Assembly: GCA_043228905.1 (NCBI GenBank)
Contig: JBHGNT010001090.1
Location: forward strand, 1 to 12,179
Origin: Azolla caroliniana
Lineage: Eukaryota > Plantae > Polypodiophyta
Direction of reading: 5' to 3'
DNA length: 12,179 nucleotides
The notes beneath the pieces are model-generated. The model was given only the letters and a program-made list of their open reading frames with translations. It did no database searches and was not told the DNA's origin. This document shows, one piece after another, positions 1 to 7,461 of this stretch. Within the stretch, counting starts at the first letter, position 1; each line of letters opens with the position of its first letter. A program made the position numbers and the translations under genes.

Positions 1-1
1 A

Positions 2-548
2 GCCGACCCAACTAAGCCGTCATTGCTCTTTACTATGAATGCCACAGAGAATTTGGTGAAATCAAGCCAGAATTTGAATACCCTTCAGCTTATGACTCCA
101 CGGAATCTTAATCTTTTTGATGTCCTGAAGGCCCAAAAGCTTATCTTCACCAAATCCTCCATCGAGTACCTCAATGAACGCTATGGTGTTGATGGTATGG
201 GGGATCCATATATGCTTGCTGCATTTGATCAGATTGCTAAATGTGATTATAACACAATGTTTTAAGGCATTCATAACAGTATTTTAGGGAATTTCTTCCA
301 ATCGTTCAGTCATTTACTGCAATTTCTTGATATTTAAGGCATTACGTCTCATAGTGTAGTCATATATCATGATGTTTTAAGACATTTGAGTTTCTGGCAC
401 ATTCTTCTTATTGAAATGGTATTGCGTTTTCGTAGGTGTAGAGGAGGATAGTGATGTTGAAGATGAGGAGGAAGGAGGCGAAGAAGATGAAGAAGGAGGT
501 GAAGAAGACGAAGAAGGAGGCGAGGGAGAATCCAGTGAAACTTCATAA
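2..548 (+). CDS. RPL4: Plastid 50S ribosomal protein L4 (uL4c), 3' part of gene; exons <2-194 and 436-548 (5' end outside window)
   Basis: Frame 2 reads ADPTKPSLLFTMNATENLVKSSQNLNTLQLMTPRNLNLFDVLKAQKLIFTKSSIEYLNERYGVD, matching the remembered C-terminal core of plant plastid L4 (..LLTPRSLNLFDVLNAEKLVFT..IQYLNQRYGVD). A phase-1 intron 195-435 (G|GTATGG ... TTTTCGTAG|) joins in frame to an acidic tail GVEEDSDVEDEEEGGEEDEEGGEEDEEGGEGESSETS with TAA at 546-548. Plastid L4 is known to have an acidic C-terminal extension. Confidence 0.92.
459..521 (+). repeat. 3 x 21-bp coding tandem repeat (E[D/E][D/E]EEGG) in the RPL4 acidic tail
   Basis: gaagatgaggaggaaggaggc / gaagaagatgaagaaggaggt / gaagaagacgaagaaggaggc at 459-479, 480-500, 501-521. 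Confidence 0.85.
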
Positions 549-974
549 AATGCAAGCTACGAAGAGACACACAATGCCCTTGGTAAGAAGAATTTATTTT
601 TTCAATCATAAATTCTTGACTTTATATATATGGCTTCTTCCACACACATATTTATCCTGTTATACTTAAGACAAAATCATATGAAAAGATGCTACATTCA
701 AGCAAACAGTTGATATGGACATGCTATATGCATATATGGATTGCGAATTTTCAGTAATTGAGAAAAGCTTGATAATGATTCACATCTAATGCATCTTCAC
801 CATGTTGGATCCTACATGTGTCTTTTCTGTTATATGTTTTATTATTTGAATCCAACTACCAAATGTTAAATATGCTTTTTCTTGGTTGTATGTAATCCAG
901 GAGAGTTTCAAAATAACTGCAAATGTTAGAACCATGAGAGATGCGGAGATACATGAAGACACCAAAGGAGCTCA

Positions 975-2150
975 ATGATTAACAATCAAGTGCCCCCGTT
1001 TTCTTGTTTTTCGGGACAAATTGATTTGTTCATAGCAGAAGTTTAGCTCATTTTTCGTGTTTGATGGTTGTGAGAGGTGAAAATCTCTTAATTTAGAAAC
1101 AGAGAGAGGTTGATAAGTTGCCGATGCCTTATGAAAACTCGTACGGTGACTAAGCGTCATCTTGCACTGTTAATGGGAGCCTGAATCATCTTCCACAAAA
1201 ACCTTCTGAATTTTTTTGATCCAACGTTCTATGGGAAGCTCTTTCCTTTGCTTCTGCACATTGATTTAAACAAAAATAATGATTTAATGAATGGATGATA
1301 AGGTGCTTCAAACAGTTGGTTAATCATAACCTTACATAATCATGCAGAGATTATCCATGTTACTTGCTTAGAGAACATGGAACACTTGTTCAGATAGATG
1401 GGATTGAATGAACGGTTACATGCTATTTGGCACATGTAAAGAGGAATTGTTTTTCTTGATCGAAAAACTAAGTTGTTTTGCTAACTCAAATCTTACCAAT
1501 AGGACAACCAATAGGCAGCACCATAAAGTCAGCTTTGTTGAAAGGCAGTGTAGGCTCTCCAATTGTTCTCACTAAGCATCATTTGGACTTTCATGGATTT
1601 TCCACAACTAATATCCTTGGGGGAAGAACAAACATCTGTATTGTGCCAATTATGACTTTTATCCCTTTGGGAGATATCGGACTCTTTTGATCCACCATCC
1701 CTTCAGTTCGTGTTATGACATACATGCAGGGGAGGCTGCACCCAAACCCACACAAGTGTTTTTTGTTTGAGCCTCCTTCTGTTTGTTTCAATAGATTGGG
1801 TGATGACTGAGCCTGGAGATCGATACATGAATCGACATTTTTAAACCAAGAAATACCTTGTTTCCACCACCTAAATCAAGACTTTAGCTATTTTGAATCT
1901 TTCATGCATCTTTGTAGTATCGGAAGGGGAATCTAGTGACTTCATTCGTTTATTTTGGTGTTGAGTGTGTAATTTCTGAGTTTTCTATGCATATATCTTG
2001 ATAATATTGGAATAAGTAACTCCAATCAAGGCATTCCAAATATAGAGATTTTGAAAGAATTTGTAACTTTCTTCTAATTAGATATCAAATTTGTGTTGAT
2101 GAGCTATAATAGGGATTGTAGGATGTTTTGTTACAACCCAAATGGTGAAT
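975..2150 (-). mobile_element. Highly degenerate Ty1/copia RT-RNase H remnant (no intact ORF)
   Basis: Minus-strand translations, switching frames, give copia-like motifs in the expected order and roughly the expected spacing: FGL*Q (2142-2128; YGLKQ), NLYI..IIKIYA (~2050-1988; LYI..LYVDD), MHERFKI..DLG..RYFL (1909-1847), GSVITQS, IIGTIQMFVL (1653-; +GSL+YL), KDIS..SENNWRA..LYGAAYWLSY (1618-1499; RPDI..HW.A..YLKGT..GL.Y), AEAKERA and WIKKIQK (1258-1204), FV..KQENG (~1022-996). Judged by eye, not searched. Confidence 0.5.
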
Positions 2151-2948
2151 GGGTCATATATATAGCATTTGAATTCTATACTTATGTGCATGTATGACCT
2201 AGCATTATTGTCCATAGCTGAAATTTTGTTTCAAACTCAAAGGAGTGCATAGCATTTACATTCTAATTATATATGATACGAGTCTTAAAAACACTCAATC
2301 CCTTGCACAACCTCAATGCATGTAATTATCCTTTTCACAGTCATCCAAGACAATTATAAGAAACTATTAACCTATGAATTGTTTTTTGATGTGAAATTGT
2401 TTGTTTGGGTGATGGGTGAATTGGTTAAAGGTTAATCAAACTGCATTTTAAGGAGTACAAATTAATTGTTGCTTGGATAAATTGATTATAGGTTAAACCA
2501 AGTCACATGGAAAGTATATATAGATTGAACCCCCTTATCTAACTAAAAGATTGAGTGCCTTGAAAGTTCGATGTCCATGCACACATGTGAGACTCTCGCC
2601 GCCACTATACAAATGATTAAGAGTACTTCATTTCAAATGCCATTATGGACAAAACGGTTAGCCCACTAACTACTCTTCACGATACAAACATCTATTCGAT
2701 GATTACGTTGCAAAACACCCCGTTTCAATGGAAAATGTAGCATCGAAGATGATCCAGTGTAGTTCTTACGCCCAATGCTTGCCACGGGGTCGAGATGGGA
2801 ACTTGACAAAACAAGGAAGGAACCCCACGGTATGTCTGTTTTTTTTTGCGAATCCGAGAGACGGGTTTCTGAACTGGAATCAGTGAGATTTTGGTCATTT
2901 AAACTCTTCACAAAGTGTGAAGAAAATGAACAACCAGATTATCCTAAA

Positions 2949-2981
2949 GAAGAAGAAGAAGAAGAAGAAGAAGAAGAAGAA
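2949..2981 (+). repeat. (GAA)11 microsatellite
   Basis: Direct reading of 2949-2981. Confidence 0.97.
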
Positions 2982-2984
2982 GCA

Positions 2985-3043
2985 GCAACAGGGGAACCAA
3001 TATCAGAAGCAGGGGAATCATTATCAGAAGAGAAGCAGGGGCT

Positions 3044-3091
<48 letters not shown>

Positions 3092-3148
3092 AGCAGGGGC
3101 ACCAATATCAGAAGCAGGGCAATCATTATCAGAAGAGAAGCAGGGGCT

Positions 3149-3211
<63 letters not shown>
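2985..3211 (+). repeat. Tandem duplication (offset 105 bp) of a ~60-bp unit plus (AG)n; tracts (AG)22 at 3045-3088 and (AG)31 at 3150-3211
   Basis: Unit 1 gcaacaggggaaccaatatcagaagcaggggaatcattatcagaagagaagcaggggctt+(AG)22; unit 2 acagcaggggcaccaatatcagaagcagggcaatcattatcagaagagaagcaggggctt+(AG)31. GA tracts are known binding sites for BPC/BBR GAGA-binding factors. Confidence 0.95.
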
Positions 3212-3215
<4 letters not shown>

Positions 3216-5429
3216 GCTTCTTGTTGGGGGCTCGTGGCTGGACCCTGATTGGTGCAGGGCTCTGCACCCTCACCTCACTGGTGACCACAGCCCGCCTAGT
3301 GATGGCGCACCTGCGCAACTGGAGCGTGGCGAAGGAGCAGCGTGCCATCGCTATCATCGTCTCCATGGCCCCCTTTTATGCCGTCGTTGCATTCATCGGT
3401 TTGATCGATGTCAGAGGGAGCACTGTCTTTTTCTCGTTCCTCGAAGCTCTCAAAGAATGCTACGAGGCCCTGGTAGGTCCTCTCTTCTCCTTACCTCCCT
3501 CTTTTCAGTGTGATCATGCCAGGTTTTTTACACCTCTTCATTTGTTATTGTGATCATGATCATGGTCTTGATCATGTTTGTTATGAATGTGATAATGATA
3601 ATGATATTCGTCGACCTTGACACCGATGTCGACATTATCATGAACATAAACACAAACATCTGCATCCACAGATTTCTTGTCCATGCACACATGCACTTCC
3701 AAATCCACAAAGGCTCACATCTGCATCATCAATGTCTTCATCATTGTCAGGAGTGCTTTGGTGTAGTCCATAGAAACCAACCTTGAGATGAAACAAGCCA
3801 TGAACTAGTCACAAACCTGAACAGACAAGCTCATCCATGAAATATGAGAACACATGACAAGGCATCATCATTTGGATAAAACAGAATTAGTGAATTAAGA
3901 GGCCCACATGGAATGCATCCATAATATAGAATCAATTACATCCGATAGGAACTATGCATAGTTGGAACTGTAGGGCATTAACGGCATGAATCACAGCCAC
4001 CAATAGAGTGGGGGTAAAGCAAGAAAGATGTTCTAACATCTCTAAAAAGCTGAAAGGGCCAATGAAACTCAGCAATATATTGCAACAGTAAAAATCTGCA
4101 TAATAGTAAAGACCTGTTTATATAACCTTAAACCCTTGGAAGAATGGATGGATAATCGACCTCTGGCCAGACCATAGTTTCAGTATGCCAACTACAGGCG
4201 ACGATAAGGCTACCCAACTGTGGGTTGGCCTATCCTTACCTTTCTTTGAATTCTAGTCACACATTCAATGCATATTTACATACATAAACGCACAATTCCA
4301 CTGCAAGATGTAGTGTTGTTGTATCCTTTTTTTGTCATCATCACGATCACTCATGAACAAGTATGCGTATCATGATTATTTCATTAACATTTGAATCCAT
4401 GATGATACTGCACTGGGGGTTCTTTTCTAAATGAAAACCCCCCTAAGCTGCAAGGCGTACGAGAATGTTCTATGTGCATGAATACACATCCATTTGAGAT
4501 CAGGTGTTCGTTGCTTGCTAAATACACACACAATTTTTTGAAGAGTAATCTCGGCATGTTTTCTTGTTCTCACCACCGTTTCCTGTTGCGTTTTGTTTAG
4601 GTGATTGCCAAATTTCTTTCCTTAATGTACAGTTATTTGAACATATCCATGGACAAAAACATTGTCCCTGATGAGATCAAGGGACGCCCCATCCACATCT
4701 CTTTCCCATTGAACCTGTTTGTGGTGAATGCTGAACCTACTCTAAGTATTCTAGTTTCAAAAACTCCTTTTTGTTAAATGGATTCGGCTTTTATTGATTG
4801 ATGGCAAGGCCCGACTCTGAATCATACACTTATGTCAATCGATTTTACAGCCTCACACACTGCACCTAAATCAGAATGTGCTAAAGCTTCTTAAGTGGTG
4901 GACATGGCAATTTGTCATCATCCGACCAGTCTTCTCGATATTTATGATCACTATGCAGTTGTTTGGGATATACAGGGGCATCATTAGCACCTCTGTGTCA
5001 GTTGTGCTCAATATCTCTGTTTCATTAGCTCTGTATGCTCTGGTACTCTTTTACCATGCGTTTGTGAAGGAATTGGCTCCACATAATCCATTAGCCAAAT
5101 TCTTGTGTGTCAAAGGCATTGTATTTTTCTCTTTCTGGCAGGTAAATTCTCGTAAAACAAATTCATTAAAGTTGAATGAAAACTGAGATTGTTCCTGGTT
5201 ATCACTCTATTTTGCAAAATTGCAGGGAATAGTTCTAGAAATCCTAGCTGCCATAGGCATTATTCGCTCAGATCACATATGGTTAGAAGTTGACCAAATT
5301 GAAGAAGCAATTCAAAATCTGCTAATATGCTTGGAGATGGTTTTCTTTGCCCTTGCACAGGAATATGCATTCAGCAGTTCGCCTTACATTAGAAAAACCG
5401 AAGCAGAACTTAAGAAAAAAGATGAGTGA
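3212..5429 (+). CDS. DUF300 / TMEM184 (organic solute transporter OST-alpha, LAZ1 family) membrane protein, 292 aa; exons 3212-3472, 4601-4723, 4851-5141, 5226-5429
   Basis: All three introns are GT-AG and phase 0. The spliced product has family motifs HL.NW...KEQRAI.IIV.MAP.YAV, KECYEAL|VIAKFLSLMYSYLNIS..IVPDEIKGR.IH.SFP, LKLLKWWTWQFVIIRP, SVSLALYALVLFYH..KELAPHNPLAKFLCVKGIVFFSFWQ|GI, EEAIQNLLICLEMVFFA, recalled as like Arabidopsis At4g21570/At1g11200. In-frame TAG at 3149-3151 supports ATG 3212 as the start; TGA at 5427-5429. Confidence 0.95.
3548..3750. repeat. Degenerate 6-nt-periodic low-complexity tract in intron 1
   Basis: gtgatc atgatc atggtc ttgatc atgttt ... ataatg ataatg atattc gtcgac cttgac accgat gtcgac attatc atgaac ataaac acaaac atctgc atccac; gives alternating-residue ORFs on both strands. 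Confidence 0.6.
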
Positions 5430-5694
5430 ATAAAAGCTGGATGATATTGGTAATGACTCACATCAATCCTTACAAAACCTGTAGTTACTCTAAAAGAATC
5501 ATAGAGAGGGATAAATAAAGAGTCCTTGTCGCATCAAATGCTGATATAATTAATCTCTATATATCATGACATGTGAAGAGTCTTTGGTGAGAGTATTGTA
5601 TTTAGTTGGCCTATTCTCATTTCTATACCAAGTGAAGCTTACATCATGGACAAAATCATATATAAGGTGAAGCATACAGTTTTATATCTTTAGC

Positions 5695-5827
5695 CTAGTG
5701 AAGGTAATGTATTTGTTCTTTGAGCTTTCTAGTAAATGTAACATATTTATTCTTTGAGTTTTCTAGTAAATGTAACCCATCTATTCTTTGGATTTTGTAG
5801 GAAATATAACATATTTATTTTTTGAGT
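5695..5827 (+). repeat. 34-bp minisatellite, about 4 copies
   Basis: Units start at 5716, 5750, 5784 and 5818 (consensus ttctttgagttttctagtaaatgtaacatattta), with a diverged partial copy from 5695. Confidence 0.9.
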
Positions 5828-5899
5828 AAGATACAATATGCCTTCTCATTTGGTTGGAAAAGATAAAATTGACCTCTGCAGTAAAAATGTAACTATGTA

Positions 5900-6330
5900 T
5901 TCTTGACATTAATATCCACGTGATAGCATCAATCCTTTCTTGGCTGGTCTTCATCAAACCTTGCGTAAATCATCATGTCAAGGAAAATCAACCTTTGTTC
6001 TTTCATAAATGCTTCTTAGATAAAGTCTAATTGAACAATTTCTGCTCCGGTTTGAAGAATCTTAGGTCTGCCAGATAATAGTTTGAGAGTCAATCTTCTT
6101 GTACCATCTCATATTTGAACCCAATCTTGCTTGTTCATCTTTGACAATTGCATAAAGCAATAGATAGCATTAATTCTCTTGATTGATGTTTGTTTATGCT
6201 CTTCCGTAAATGCATCTTAGATAAAAGTCAAACTGGACAAGAATGTTGACCATCATAAATTCTGAGAAGTTTCACCAAACAATGCTTTAGGAATCGATCT
6301 TATTATAGCATTTCACATTTGACCCCAAAT
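5900..6330 (-). mobile_element. Degenerate copia-like RT fragment containing a diverged ~200-bp tandem duplication
   Basis: Seen directly: 5996-6038 resembles 6197-6240 and 6087-6125 resembles 6292-6330. Inferred: the minus strand reads RWYKKIDS (6109-6086) ... LYLR (6026-6015) ... HDDL (~5977-5966) ... SQERIDAITWILMSR, resembling R.WY.K+D..LY+..YVDD+..I...K..LM. Confidence 0.4.
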
Positions 6331-6429
6331 TCACCCCTTTTGGAACATGTAAACTATACTATGTCTATGTGCTATGTTGTTTAGATAAGGAAGCAAGCAT
6401 TTCAACTAGTTCATTAAATGAAATGGAGA

Positions 6430-6785
6430 AAATACCTGAAGCATGCATAAAATGGCTCAATGAACAAGCTAATCCATGAAGATAAAAAATTAGAATCATA
6501 ACATATGTCAATTTGATGATTCTTTAGGTTCACAGAGACTTCAGTCTTGTTCCCAAAGGTAAATGTATTCAGAGGTTAAATTTGTATGAGTAAGCTTGGT
6601 ATTATTACATCACATCCAGATAAATGGTACGTTTTTCAAACTATGGTGTCGTGTAGACCAAATAAATCAATGGATGGGGTAGCTTTGTAGAGAACCATGG
6701 TTAATGCTGCAGGGAAAATGCCATCGACAAAGGTAATATGCCAAAATCTAATGGCACAGTTGTTGATTGATCTGCACTTCATAAA
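6430..6785 (+). mobile_element. Degenerate copia-like RT N-terminal fragment
   Basis: LVPKGKCI (6546-), DGVAL*RT (6673-), GKMPSTKVI (6712-), AQLLIDLH (~6754-6777) have spacing close to copia LP.GK..I / G+DY.ET / K+.S+R+I / AA....LHQ. By eye only. Confidence 0.4.
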
Positions 6786-7461
6786 ATAAGATACATGCTA
6801 TATGAACTGCTGAACACTTCCAGCTATTTCACTTTGCAGCGCTCCTTAAAATAGGTCAAATAAGTGTTCTATCCTGTCAAACATAAAATACTAAATATAC
6901 CAGTACTTGTATATATATCATAAGAAATTATTTATATTCAATTTCCCAGGCATGCATACTCAAGCAAAACACATGGAAAATCCTGAAGCTCATGTTTCTA
7001 TTCATTGCAATGTAAAAATCATAAATTTCTGTGTTTATTAGCAAGCCTCATAGCTACCAAACCCCTCTAATTTCAATCACATAGGTTGGTGTATATAACT
7101 TCATGCCACAATTCCTTCAATCCATAAATACTCTGGAGCATATCTAGCAAATATGCCATACATGTCTAGATGGTGGTCACACAAAGAATAGGCTCCATAA
7201 ATGGAGAGATCGTTCTCAATAGAAGTACAATCCCTCTGATCTTGCAGTACAAGGGGCAGGATGAAGCACTGACATGCAGACATCCCGAGGGGCTAGCAAA
7301 AAATAGTGTAACATGATAGCAATGTTGGTGATCTGCATAAAGGTATGATTGATTAAACTTCATTATGTCCATTGGTTTATCACCAAAACATATCTGCAAG
7401 GAAGCAGCTCATATACCTATAATCAATATGGATTCAAGGTAAAAAGATATGTGATTTTCTT

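Noticed and set aside
451-669. Lys-rich 72-aa ORF (+) and Leu/His-rich antisense ORF 367-609
   Set aside because: Alternative-frame and antisense readings of the GAA-rich RPL4 acidic-tail exon.
1478-1791. ORFs 1478-1690 (+) and 1591-1791 (-); the CGFGCSLPC segment initially suggested a MULE SWIM finger
   Set aside because: The SWIM His and spacing are missing; the flanking motifs fit a decayed copia RT better, and the + ORF is its antisense.
2905-2923. 8-bp hairpin TCTTCACA-AAG-TGTGAAGA, and similar short inverted repeats near 4027-4042 and 4415-4443
   Set aside because: Short stems are expected by chance in 12 kb of AT-rich DNA; no terminal-repeat or target-site-duplication context.
2775-3513. 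146-aa and 198-aa poly-E, poly-K and (ER)n ORFs as independent genes
   Set aside because: Their length comes from stop-free microsatellites and overlap with a GC-rich exon; kept only as possible upstream ORFs.
3528-3786. Met/Ile/His-rich ORFs on both strands
   Set aside because: They lie in TMEM184 intron 1 and arise from hexamer low complexity.
3780-4250. A-rich intronic segment that might be a TE remnant
   Set aside because: I could not read any recognisable protein motif or terminal repeat.
5695-5827. Regularly spaced 34-bp repeats as a CRISPR-like array
   Set aside because: Head-to-tail tandem copies with no unique spacers, in a eukaryotic context with no cas genes.
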